Positions 24,401 through 36,831 of a stretch of DNA of 64,000 nt are shown one piece after another. This DNA comes from Podarcis liolepis (lineage: Eukaryota), in assembly GCA_965112155.1 (NCBI GenBank), contig OZ218104.1, one strand, 5' to 3'. The first letter of the stretch is position 1; each line of letters opens with the position of its first letter. The notes beneath the pieces are model-generated. The model did not search any database. It had not been told where the DNA came from and saw only the letters and a program-made list of their open reading frames with translations. The position numbers and the translations under genes were made by a program.

Positions 24401-24790
24401 TCCAACTACCTTTGGAACTATTTCTGCATACTAACTTCTTATAAACATAGGAAGAGCCTATGTCTTGCAGCACAGGTTAACATCTTTCTTTTCAGAAATA
24501 ACTTTCCATTAGGAATGAAGGAAACACCTCTGCCCATTTCGAGCCATTTCTTTTACATTATATTACAAATGTGCATGTAACTTTATATAAATATTAAAAG
24601 TTTTGTAAATATTTAATATCCACCTAATTTGATTTTGAATTGTAAATGTCAAGTATTCTGGTATTTGAATTTTTATGTTTTATTATACTTTGTTAAAGGT
24701 AAAATTGTACATTTTTAGAATGTTTTTATCTGAGTAAATTTAATGTACTGAACAAAAATTAAAGACTATAGTAGTGTCTTTTCAGACATC
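21488..24790 (+). other. ZCCHC14: ZCCHC14 3' UTR (about 3.3 kb); 3' end inferred
   Basis: Repeat-poor stretch after the stop, ending in an AU/UGUA-rich block (24560-24750) with ATTAAA at 24758-24763 and a downstream T-rich tract. Confidence 0.65.
24758..24763 (+). terminator. Candidate ZCCHC14 poly(A) signal (ATTAAA)
   Basis: Variant hexamer preceded by several TGTA motifs and followed by GT/T-rich sequence. Confidence 0.6.
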
Positions 24791-26496
24791 CTCACTTTTA
24801 ATATTTTTTTCCATTTTCACTGGGAGGCTAAAGAAAACTTACTGCAAGCGCAGCAGGTTCAACCAAAGGCTAACATAAACATGCATCGTCTCAAATGTGG
24901 CAGCTGTAGACAGGTACTGCAGAGCTATCCAACAGCATTATCTGCAAGTTGTCCATTTTAGGTAGGTGCTCTGAAGGGTACAGAAAAGCCACACTGCAGC
25001 CTGGGATATCAGTTTCTTCCGTCAGGAGCTTTTCCATGTTCTCATACAGGTACTTAATTCTCAGTTTCATTTGGAATCCAGTATCTTGCCCACACTCAGA
25101 AAGCAGGCAGTGTTGATTTTCATAGCTCAAGCATCTTCACAAGTGTCATTAGTATGGCCACAGAATCTCCTACTTTTGTGACAATGTTCTATTCTGCAAC
25201 AGTAAAGGAATCTGAGCCAAAGTTGTGGGAGGCTGAAGGCTTTTGTTCAATTCTGTCTACTGCTCTTCATATACAGCATTAAGATCGTTTTAAAATGGAC
25301 TTGTATATAAGCTTAACTTCTAATCAAGTTGAGATGGAATCATCCATTTCAGCACTTTAAAAAACAAAAGAAAAATCAACATTTATACAAGAGCAGCCAT
25401 TAGCCCATTGTAAGGATGGCTGTCTTATGAAAAAATAGTAACTGAACAGAAGACTTTAAAATTTTACAGTGAAGTAAAAGCTCACAGTGAACTTGTTAGA
25501 AGCAAGCATTGAACAGATGCATGCAAAGGTAGAAACTGCATGTCATTTTGATATTTTACAGCATGTCAAGATTTAGCCTCTTTTTTCCACATAATAAAAA
25601 TTTGTTTGCTATAACATATAATTAAATTCACATGCATTAATATACAAGGATAAGTCTTAGCTTACTACATTTCACTGTATAACAAATGGGGAAGCAGGAC
25701 ACTATCTGAATTACTTTCCTTTCGCACAGGACATACCCTGTTTACAGCAAAATCTAAGTCCCTATGCAATTGACTGGAAGCAGTGATCAAACTTCTTTGC
25801 AATTTTAGATATTGCCCAGTCTAAAACAAAGGGAAATTCTTTTTGAGTTTTGATAGTTTGAAATGCAGCTAAAGGAAACAAGGGCTTTCTGCCAACGAGG
25901 AAATACAAAAATGTTCTTCATGTATTTCAATGAAAATCAAGAACTTGGGTAGCGAGGTTAATATGCTAAATATAAAGAGAAACATCAACAGCTGCAAGGC
26001 TTGCCAATGCTTACTGTATTACTTTGGCAATTGGCTAACCTCAAAACCCTGCTACCTCCCAATGCTTTCTGACTGACAAAATGAAGTCCTCTTTGCTGAG
26101 GGTTTGGGTTGATTTAATTAGAATAAATTTAACAAGGTGTAGAACAGAATACCAAACTCTGGGTAGACTGAAGCTTTTCTTTGACAACAGTTATGTATAT
26201 ATTTCCTAAAACTAGCATAAAGCTGTGATGTTTGGTATATAACAATAATTAGCAATCTGATGTTTTGCCTTCTAAAGTAACAGTACCAATGAATTAATGC
26301 CCACCCCTTTCATCACATGCACTGATCTATCAAAAAAAGGTTAAAAGAAGCAGACCATTATTCCTATTTGTTCCCTTTCTTAACAAGCAGTTTTCAGGAG
26401 CTGAAACATGATTTAACATTATGAGATGTCACACGCAAGTATTTCAGTTTGCTGCTAAATGCTAGCCCATTTTCTATGATTAATGCAAACATCCCT

Positions 26497-26502
26497 TTTA
26501 TT
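26497..26502 (-). terminator. Candidate proximal MAP1LC3B poly(A) signal (AATAAA)
   Basis: TTTATT on +, about 265 nt downstream of the stop codon. Confidence 0.5.
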
Positions 26503-26765
26503 GGCAACTTAACACACACATACAGTATAGTTTAAAATTCCAGAGGCTTAAAGCAAATGTGCCTGTGCAAATTTTATAGCAGGTCTACAAAGCTGCGCTG
26601 CTTGTCTATACTGGCACTCATCTGTTCAATATTCACAAATAAAACAGTACGGTGAGAACACCCGCTAAGCACAACTACTGTGAGCAGGTTGGTGACATCC
26701 CTTTGTTTTTTCCTGTGGGAGGGAGGGGTAAAAACTATCCTAGGCTACAAGCCACTGGGGATGGT

Positions 26766-27026
<261 letters not shown>

Positions 27027-27475
27027 TTAGAAATTCCAGGTTTAGCAACAGTCTCCTTTGCCACATCCAAGAATCACATGAATACCAGAAAGCATGTGTG
27101 ATTAGAGCACTTCTGAAGGCAGCCTCCTCACCCAAGCAACATCAGGGGGAGGGACTTGAAACTAAACTGATCTTATAAAGCCTCAAGTGAGACACTTAAG
27201 GCCTGCTGTGTTGCCTAAGAGGAAGGACAACACTGCTAGAGCTAATGTGCATGTTAGGTTGTTGCTTTTAGATGCTAACCACCCATTTTAACCATTTCAA
27301 TGGACTACAGAGCACATCAGTGCCAGCTACAGCAAGGAGTTTACTCAGTAACAGGCATCACACTCCAGAATTATAAAGAGCCCATATAATCAAGTTCCCT
27401 TTCTGTGAAGAGTTACCAATAGAGACGGAAAGCTGTGTCAGCGTAATTCCTGTTACGATCAAGCATCGGCAAATA

Positions 27476-27718
27476 CAGTGGTGCCACGCAAGACGAAATT
27501 CGTTCCGCGAGTCTCTTCGTCTTGCAGTTTTTTCGTCTTGCGAAGCACGGCTATTAGCGGCTCTTAGCGGCTTTAAGAAAAAGGAAACAAACTCGCAAGA
27601 ACTCGCAAGACGTTTCGTCTTGCGAAGCAAGCCCATAAGGAAATTTGTCTTGCGGAATGACTAAAAAAATGGAAAACTCTTTCGTCTTGCGTGTTTTTCG
27701 TCTTGCGAAGTACCACTG
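27476..27718. mobile_element. Tc1/pogo (Tigger-like) MITE in MAP1LC3B intron 3
   Basis: TA TSD; TIRs CAGTGGTGCCACGCAAGACGAAA and reverse-complement CAGTGGTACTTCGCAAGACGAAA; internal copies of TTCGTCTTGC. Confidence 0.88.
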
Positions 27719-28253
27719 TATGCTTGCCATGCAGAGTGTGGCACCGCTCCATATCAAGCAACCATCCTAACTTTGAAGTTGCAGAGGTGGGCAGGGATTG
27801 TCTGCTGAAGATCTCTGCCACCTTCCAAGTTGGGTGGAAAACTGGCATCTGCATGGCAAAGGCAGACCTGAAGAGCCTTGGCTCTAACAGAACCAACACA
27901 GCATCCCTCTCCCCACCAAAAAAACCACCTAGCCTCTTTCCTGCTCCTACCACTTCCTAGAGGCATACAGAACAACTACAGGCAGTGGCACTGAACAAAA
28001 CATTCTCCACTCAACCTCCAAGAAGTTGTGGCACCTTCAGGCAATGGATCCCAACCATGCACACTCCCTGCCAGGCTTTTCTGTAGGAAGGAGGGAGGCT
28101 TAGCAAGACCAGTTGTTGGTTTTTTTGCTTTGCCAACAAGTAGGTCAAACACTCTGGACCTTTGTTATGATTGTTACTTGACTTTTTTTTTAACTCACTT
28201 GGGAAACCCTTAATATACAGCACAAGCTACTGTCCTGAATGAGAGACCTTTCA

Positions 28254-28415
<162 letters not shown>

Positions 28416-28966
28416 TTAGGACTTTTCAGTATGGTGAGCCACAGGCATATTTTTGCTAGATACCTATGGGTTTGTTTAATGCAATTCTACTTTGTACTAC
28501 AGTGGTTTATAATTTTATTATTTCTATCATTTTATTGTATGCCACCTTGCATTTTTAATGAGGCTCAGCATTGAAATTCTTAAAACAAACCCAGTCACCT
28601 GAATTAAGCTGTGAAAAGGAGCTGCAATAGAGAAAACCCCAGCCTTGTGGGTAGAACTAATTCCGTTCCTGACACAGGTTTGCAGTGAAAGGCTAGCGTG
28701 CCCTCCTCCCCACCTGTCACCCCAATTTCAGCCCCTTCTCTTCTCCATTCAGTTATGCATAAACAGGGCAAGAGGACCACAATCAGGAAAACCTGGGAGC
28801 AGCAAACAATTGACTTCTGTTATGTAAAATGAAATGGAGGGAGAAAATAAAGATCTTAACTAGGGCAAATATCTTTGCAGCCTCTAGTATGGATGATTTC
28901 ACTGCTAGTCCCCAAAGTGCACGTGTTGCCACTACCTACCAGGTTATTTCCCTGATTAAAGTCTCA

Positions 28967-29110
<144 letters not shown>

Positions 29111-31479
29111 TCAGATATATAATATCTACACAGAACAACCTGTTATATTGGTGTTTCATTGCCCTGGAAGAGAAGCACACACAGAGGCAGCAGTTTGTAG
29201 GAAGGGTAGGATATAAATCAAATAAATAAATCATAAGCAGAATGAGAGGCGCTTAAACCACACCCACATTAGTATACCCAAGCTGATAGCATTAGAAGTA
29301 AGGTTAACTGGCAGTCTTTCTGGATCAGGGTGGGAATGCAACTCAAGCGCTGCTGAAAATTCATGCAGGGAATGAAGAAGCTACAGTGGAAAGGGGGAGG
29401 CACAAGAGAAAAAGGGGTACTTGCCCACTTTTGACTGTAGCCCCACAAATGAAGCTGCTAACTGATGCCACCCCCACTATACCTGTGTGCTAGTAGAAAT
29501 TCTGCAGCACAATTTATTAACAGGAAGGGTGGGGACAACTTAAGACAATGGGGGGGGGGGAGAAAATGCCATCCTAAAAATAAAGAAGCATAACCCTTCA
29601 TAGTGAAAAGTTAAAGGAGGCAAGTTAAGTTGAAGAAAAAGAAAAAAGTTGAGCTTAGTTGGTTTAAAGGCACAGAGTAGTACAACAAATCTGCTAAGGC
29701 TGAAGTAGTTCTAAATCTGAGAGCATTTGGGAAGCCCAAGGACCCAGTCTGAGGGCCATGGGAAAGGAGCAAACACAACAAAGAGTCTTATCGCATAAGA
29801 CTAGACTAGAGCCCACTTCACAGCTTATGTCATAATGAAATGTTAGTTTTAAGGTGCTACAAGACTCTTTGTTTTTACTGCTAAAAGGACTAGAAGTTAG
29901 TGAGAAAACATGGCTGTCCCCTCAAGGAAAAGTGCTCTATGTAAATTAAAAGTATAAAATATTAATTTCATCAAAGCATTTTAAATATATCTTATAGTTA
30001 TTGCATTCTTAAAGCTAAAGAGCTTCCACTAGGTTTCCCCACCCCCAGCCTAGAGGACTGTTGGTGTCCAAAACTCCTTTGCAAAGGAAAACAAACAGCT
30101 AGAACGACCTTTACTTTCGTTTTTCAGCGGCACAGCAGCAAAACAAAGCCTCAATTCTTTTTCCACTCCAACATGCAAGCAGGAAAACCAGTTTAAGAAG
30201 AACAAAAACAGTAACAACAAAAGCAACAGCCTAAGTCTTCCTGTATTTCTTTTTTAAGTGATAGTAATAACTAAGGGACATTTACAGTAGAACCTAACTA
30301 GGGCTTGTTACATCAGGATTTTTGGATCATATTACAAAGCTGAAACTTGGTGGACTTGGCTGGAAGGCTAGCTAATTCACAAGCCTTTGCTACAGCCAAT
30401 ATTTGTTATTTAATATGTCACTAACTCCTGAGAGGTGGAGGTAATTGCCCAACGTTGTTCCCAAAACTTCCTGCTTCAGTCTGGAGGTCACCCTCTGTTT
30501 TGGTCATCAACAGTATTAGGAAAATTGCAGCCCAATGATTCAACATTACCCTCTGCTTCCTCACATAACAACAAACTGACACAGCAGATCGGAGACAAAC
30601 AAATCCATGGAATCCAAGCAGCTGAACTGCTTAAAGTTGTGCAGGCAATAACCCAGGAAAGAATAGGGAAGGGGATCCGTCATAAGTACTGAATACTTTC
30701 ACATCGCTAAGGGAAGACACCCCAGATAAAGCCTGGGAATGAAACTACAAACACATGCAGCATCCAGACAAGAAGTTCTACACTACAGCATCCAGCATAT
30801 ACGGTAATCTGGCCTTCTCACATTCAAAATACAATATACTGAAGATAAACAGCACCATCTCCAGTGTTTTGACAACTGATCAACAAAGGGTAGGCCCACC
30901 ACCCTCTAAGTGCTGGGGGTGAGGGGAAAGGGGTGCTACAGCAGAGTGCAGAGCAGGCACGATGCCAGGCAGGGAAAGAGGCTGGCACGGGGGGGGGGGC
31001 TGTTTACTCCTCTGGCTCTTGAGCTCCACGGAAGCCGGCAGAGCCGTCAACAGGCCCCTGCATTCGCCTCAAACACAACACCTCAGGCCCCTCCAACCCC
31101 GGCCTCCAACCACCAACAGTCATCCTCAAGGCTAGCCTTCAATCCTTAAGGGGTTTCAAGGGGGGGGGGGGAGTAATGCAAGGGGGTCCTCCTTACACTC
31201 CCAATTTGGGGGGATGGGGAATAACAGTCATGGTGGGTGGTGAATCACTCTGCCCAAGATCCAGAACTAGGAGATGGGGGAATTACTGTATTAAAGGGGG
31301 GATACGACTGTGCCACCAACCCATAAACCCGCCCCCCATGGCCGACGGAGAGTGCGTTAACAGGCCAAGCAAGGACCTCCGTGAGGGAAGAAGGGGGAGA
31401 AGCCTCATTTCCCCCCCCCAACAATGGGAGGGGGTGTTTTGCCTTTTCCTCAACTCTTCTTCCCTTGCCCCAGCGAGAC

Positions 31480-32240
31480 CCACTTACCCTCTCCCCACCG
31501 CCACACATATAGCACACATAGCGCCCGCCGCCACGTTCATGGACCATCTCCCCAGCTCTTCACTGTTCCCTACTTCTGAGTATCCCCCCTCCAGTCACCA
31601 AGCTCCCCCCCCCCACTCAAATCCACCTCGCAGGTGTTCCCTTGGCCGTCCCACTTGATGTGGTGCGTCTCTCCCCAACGCCCCCCCCGACTCAGTAACA
31701 GCCCCCTCTTGCCCCCCCCCCTCGAGGGGCTAACGCACAAGCCCTTCCCCCACCGAAAGTGCGTCGCTGCTTGAAGCTCTTTTCCGAGGGCATCGCGGCG
31801 GCGGCGGCGACTGGCTCCTCCTCCACCTCCTTCGACTCTCTCCCCTCTCAGCGGCGCGGACCATCCACACCAAAACCCTCGTCCGCGATCAGCTGACCAA
31901 CGAAGCCCCGCCTCTCCCGAGCTGATTGCGTCACAGGGAGGGAGGGACAGACGGACGAAGGAAGGAAAAGCAAGAGGCCGGGCATTCGTAGGCTTCGCCG
32001 CGCGGTAGTGCGCGTGCGTAGCGACGGAAGCCCGACGCCTCAAGCAAGGAAGAGGAGAGGAGAAGGAGGGGAGTCGACGTTGGTGACGCGAGCGCGCCTG
32101 CGCAGGCGAAACGAGCCGCGGGCGGGGGAGTCAGAAGCTGAGCCTGCCGCAGGGCGGCGCCAAAACAGTGACTTCATCGCGCACAAACGCAGCCCCGCCC
32201 ATCACCATGGTTACCATATCACCCTCCCCGGAGGAAGAGA
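31480..32240 (-). promoter_or_regulatory. MAP1LC3B CpG-island promoter
   Basis: Dense CpG around exon 1; C/EBP-ATF site ATTGCGTCA 31925-31933; NRF1-like sites 32009-32020 and 32094-32108; CGGAAG (ETS) 32025-32030; GC box 32193-32200; RFX X-box-like 32201-32214. Confidence 0.8.
31754..31793 (-). CDS. MAP1LC3B: MAP1LC3B exon 1 (coding part)
   Basis: gccgccgcgATG then MPSEKSFKQRRTF, donor G|gtgggg; total CDS 375 nt = 124 aa. Confidence 0.96.
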
Positions 32241-32539
32241 AGGCCTCTGGTTTGGTTTTGCCGCAATTTCCATATTAAAGAAAGAAGTTCCCCTCATCTC
32301 ACGATCAAGCACCTGGGGCAGGATCTGATCTCACAGATAAAGATCTGGAGCGCCTCAAGTAATACTAGAGAGCGAGGGGGGGGGATATTTTGAACATATG
32401 CAAAACACTTTCCTCCCCGCCTCCAATGTGCAATTGAAAGCCCACAAACAGGACCTGATAGCATTGCCCTCTGCTGTGTTGTTTCTCTGTAACTGGTATT
32501 CAGATGCACGCCACCTCTAATGCTGGGGGTATCATGGAT

Positions 32540-32690
32540 ATCCTTCCCTTAATTTGCCTAATCTCTTTTCAAAGCCATCTATCTGAGGCCATTACCACAT
32601 TTGATGGGCACATATGCCATTGTTTATGTGTTGTGTGAAGAATAGTTCCTTTTGTTTGCTATAAATCTCCCACCAATCAGCTTTATTGGA
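32540..32690 (-). mobile_element. CR1-like LINE fragment
   Basis: aatttgcctaatctcttttcaaagccatc...tgttgtgtgaagaatagttccttttgtt resembles antisense CR1 3' region. Confidence 0.5.
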
Positions 32691-33894
32691 GTATTATAGG
32701 GGGGCATACCTTGCATAATAATTCTTTTCATATTTAAGGTGACACAACATGTGTGTTTCCAGTGCTTTGCTTCTAGAAAAAAGGTGCTAGTACTGTGTAC
32801 CCTCTTGAGTACCAGCAGAAAAAAAACACTGTTTCTCTCTGTAATTTGTCTCTGTTAATTGCATTTGTGACCAAGAAAGGAATGCCAAATCCATTGCAAG
32901 ATGCTCTGACTGTGTTCTACAATAGCAGATCAGCAGACATTTAATTACTGATTACTCAAAGCCAAGTATTTCCTGTAGCTGCATAAGCCTAACATTATAA
33001 GGGCACTTACAAGTGTGATGTCCTTGAACTCTAATAAGACATGTCATACATTTTATTGGAAGAAAAACTTGTTTTGTTTTCCCCCTTTCCCAGCCACATG
33101 GATCTCATTGGCTATGACTAGTTTGAAGGACTGGTCTGCTCAAAACAACACTGGAAAAGGAACTGGCATAGTTGTTTGACAGAGTCTTTATACTCTGAAG
33201 TCGGATGTCAATTTCGGAGGAACTTCCAGCATGCAGCTGAAACAGAACAAAGAGGCAGTTTGACAGACAGCTGTGGGACTTCTGCCTGCCAAACTCTGAT
33301 CCCAGAGACAAAAACAAATTAATAATATATCTCCAACAACAGATAAATGACATAAAGCTTTATTGAATTCCAGAGCCATCTGGTTGGCCACTGGAAAATG
33401 AGATGCTGGGCTTTGGTCTGATTCAGTAGGTCTAGTGTCAGCACCTTGTGTGTTTGGGTAACTGTTGGGCCCATACACCTGGCAAGGTTCACTGGGGCTT
33501 GATGCCTGCCCTGCCTTCCCTGCTGCAGTGAGTGCCACTGAGCCTCCCACCACCACCAATCACTCCCCCACAGTCCCCAAATGCCAGCTGGCTCTGTTAA
33601 TGTTTCAAGTTTCACTCTCACCACATCAATCATCTGTTAGGTGGTATGAAAGAAGAGGTGACGGGGCACATAGCAGGTGACTGACCCCAATTGCAGGTTG
33701 CCAGTGCTACATAACTCCACTCCCGGTGAGGCTTCCTTGGACCCAGAACCAGCCTGTGCTCCCCATGCCTAAGTTTGTTTGGGTTAAATATACAGTAAAA
33801 GGAGTCTCTGAACTAGTACTGTATGGGGCTATGTAGGCAAGGAACTGAGCACCCATTCTATTAATAAGCTTTTATTTTTATCATAATAAAAGTA

Positions 33895-33940
<46 letters not shown>

Positions 33941-34060
33941 TATTATTTATACCCCACCCATTTGGCTCGGTTTCCCAGCCGCTCTGGGTGACTCCCGACA
34001 GAATAATGATGATGGTGATGGTGATGCAATAAAACATCAAACATGAAAAACTTCCCTTTG
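33895..34060 (-). mobile_element. L2-like 3' end with expanded (AAT)n tail
   Basis: About 14 AAT units followed by ttatttataccccaccc...cccagcc..tctgggtgactc. Confidence 0.55.
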
Positions 34061-34159
34061 GAATACCGCTCCCAGGTAATTCAGACAAGCACCTACAATT
34101 TTGATATTTCATTGCCTGCTGAAAACATTATGTTTTGCCAAGCATTTTTAGATAATTAA

Positions 34160-34188
34160 GGGACACAGGTGGTGCTGTGGGTTGAACC
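34160..34188 (+). mobile_element. Sauria SINE 5' stub
   Basis: GGGACACAGGTGGTGCTGTGGGTTGAACC matches the head of 4375-4744 with CpG decay. Confidence 0.55.
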
Positions 34189-34900
34189 AATTTGATTCAT
34201 TGTTGGACTTTCAATATGTATTTTATAATTTTGTTAGATTTTATTGTATTCCACTGTGATTTTTAAAAAATTAGTTGGCTCTTTATAAACTTTTTAATAA
34301 ATAAAAATAACAGAAAAACCTCCAGCACATTGACAGTAATACATTGAGGCAAACTACTGTACAGTGTTCAATCTCTCTTGGTTAAATGTATTCCTTTGTA
34401 TGATTTGAGAAACTGAGCACCCATTTCAGACAGGCCTGAGAACCAGGAGGCTGTGAGTTTATAGAAACCTCTCTAGTTTGCACTGAGCTTAGTTTTGTCT
34501 CAGAATGAAGTCCCATATTACAGATGGGTAAGCAAGTAATGATGAGTAAAGCTACCATCCAAGAGAATGAGTGTGATTATGACTGTCTCCCATGTGGTAA
34601 ATTTTTAAAGGATATTGATTTTTTAAATGCTTTGACTCAGAGCCATTGGCTTGTGGATTGCTGGCTGCTTGTGCAACTACGGTAGATAATATCAGCAACA
34701 TTGGAGTGCAATTTTACTCAGAAGTAAGCCCTACTGAATTCAGTGCAACATACTTTCAGGTAAATGTGCATAGGATTGCAGTGTTAGATATTTCCAATGT
34801 TGTACTCCTTTGCACTGATACCTAGGAACAAGCACCCTGGATTACAGTAGGACCTACGGTACTTCTGAATATACAGTCATATAGAACCACACTGTATAAT

Positions 34901-35391
34901 TGATACGGAAGGGGGGGGCATGTCTTCTTCACTACAATATATCCATTTATTTGCATCTGCCAAGCCCTTCCTCCGGGCGATGCCAGGTGACAGACTATGC
35001 AAACATGGACCATTGTCTTCTCAGGATGTGCTTATCTGCGCATATCTCCAGCTCTCTGCATATTCCCCCCTCCCTCCTCCATCCAGCTCTCTGCATATTC
35101 CCCCCTCCCTCCTCCATATGTTAATCTGTGTAACCCAACCTCTTAATGTATTCATGATGTAACTGGGATGTATTTTGCACTGTATTCTGGGATATGGAGG
35201 GAAATTTCAAAAGTTCATGTCACCCCTTTCTCGCTGTTAAATCTCGCCTTGAACCTGTTGCGCAATAAACTTGGATCTTCTGCAGTTTGCTCCTGCGTCC
35301 GGCTGAGCTCATTTTCTTCCGCAGGGACCCACGGACTTAGTCCGATGAGCTGGGTGGCAGAGTAACCCCGCACCCAGATTTTTCCGTAACA
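34901..35391 (+). mobile_element. Solo LTR (491 bp)
   Basis: TG...CA ends with inverted termini TGATACGGAA / TTCCGTAACA; 5-bp TSD ATAAT at 34896-34900 and 35392-35396; AATAAA at 35264-35269. Confidence 0.85.
35047..35116 (+). repeat. Perfect 35-bp tandem duplication inside the LTR
   Basis: TCCAGCTCTCTGCATATTCCCCCCTCCCTCCTCCA at 35047-35081 and 35082-35116. Confidence 0.9.
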
Positions 35392-35813
35392 ATAATATTG
35401 TTGCCTGCCACTCAATCGCCAAGTGGTGCGATGTTCCAGGGTTTCCAAGCACACTTACCCAGGGTCTGTGTTTCCTTTTGGAAAGGTGACACAGTGGAGA
35501 CTGTGGTGTTTTTATGATATATGGCTTATTTACACATATAACCTGAGCCTACAATGGAGTGGTTCACAACATTAACACTCCATGAGGGTCTTGCTTTTCC
35601 CATATGTGCAGCGCTGGATTCAAACAGACAATAGCCATGGCTCTGCCTGTTGCTTAGCATCTTGCTCACGTAACTGCTAACTCTCTCTTAGCTGTGTGGC
35701 TTTATCTGTAGGGGGAGGGAGAGGCATCATTCATTTGCCTTTTTAGACAGAGTTCTGTGGTCCTTTTTTGTTCTTAACGGCACATCCTCAGGCTATCGCC
35801 TCATGAGGAAGTT

Positions 35814-36480
35814 GTTGTTGTTGTTTAGTCGTGTCCAACTCTTTGTGACCCCATGGACCAGAGCACGCCAGGCACTCCTGTCTTCCACTGCCTCCCGCAG
35901 TTTGGTCAAACTCATGCTGGTAGCTTCGAGAACACTGTCCAACCATCTCGTCCTCTGTCGTCCCCTTCTCCTTGTGCCCTCAATCTTTCCCAACATCAGG
36001 GTCTTTTCCAGGGAGTCTTCTCTTCTCATGAGGTGGCCAAAGTATTGGAGCCGCAGCTTCACGATCTGTCCTTCCACTGAGCATTCAGGGCTGATTTCCT
36101 TAAGAATGGAGAGGTTTGATCTTCTTGCAGTCCATGGGACTCTCAAGAGTCTTCTCCAGCACCATAATTCAAAAGCACCAGTTCTTTGGCAATCAGCCTT
36201 GTTTATGGTCCAGGTCTCACTTCCATACATCACTACTGGGAAAACCATAGCTGTAACTATACGGACCTTTGTTGGCAGTGATCCCCTTCATGGATCACTG
36301 CCTTGCCGTGGTGAAGGGGCTTTAATAACTCAGAGAAGCTATGAGCTATGCCGTGCAGAGCCACCCAAGATGGACAGGTCATAATGGAGAGTTTTGACCA
36401 AACGTGATCCACCTAGAGCAGGAACCGGCAAGCCACTCCAGTATCCCTGCCAAGAAAACTCCATGGACGAAAACAACAGG
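35814..36480 (-). mobile_element. BovB/RTE insertion with an inverted 5' segment
   Basis: 3' end on - strand (ORF 35793-36248 encodes the RTE C-terminus; (AAC)n tail); BovB 5'-region-like sequence on + at about 36285-36480; 12-bp TSD CATGAGGAAGTT at 35802-35813 and 36481-36492. Confidence 0.88.
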
Positions 36481-36831
36481 CATGAGGAAGTTAGCCTTGC
36501 TTAATTAGCTTTTAACACTTGCTGATTCAAAGTATTGTCTACCACACAGCTTAATACACATGGATCTGGCGTAATACGCATGAGTCCTGGTTTTAACACT
36601 CCAAGCATTGATTAATTTCTAACACTAGTTTATTCAAGAGATTATAATGGTCTAGCACCCACAAACTCATAACAATATCTCTGATAGGACACCTGTGCCT
36701 TGAACCTTAATAAATGACTGTTACGTGTTTAATTTTGTATCAGATATAGACAGACAGATGATAGAGATACAGTTATATATCAGAGATTAGATATATATCT
36801 ATATAGTTTATTTTGTTTGTGTGTGTTTACA

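Noticed and set aside
27476-27718. Repeated TTCGTCTTGCG motifs resembling a CRISPR-like array
   Set aside because: Irregular spacing, mixed orientation, and bounded by TIRs and a TA TSD; this is a Tc1/pogo MITE in a eukaryotic intron.
31176-32328. 100-160 aa ORFs around the MAP1LC3B promoter
   Set aside because: GC-rich CpG-island frames with low-complexity translations.
35325-35360. GGACTTAGTCC hairpin followed by GATGAG in the LTR as a possible hammerhead
   Set aside because: The core reads CCGATGA and there is no properly placed GAAA or helix III.
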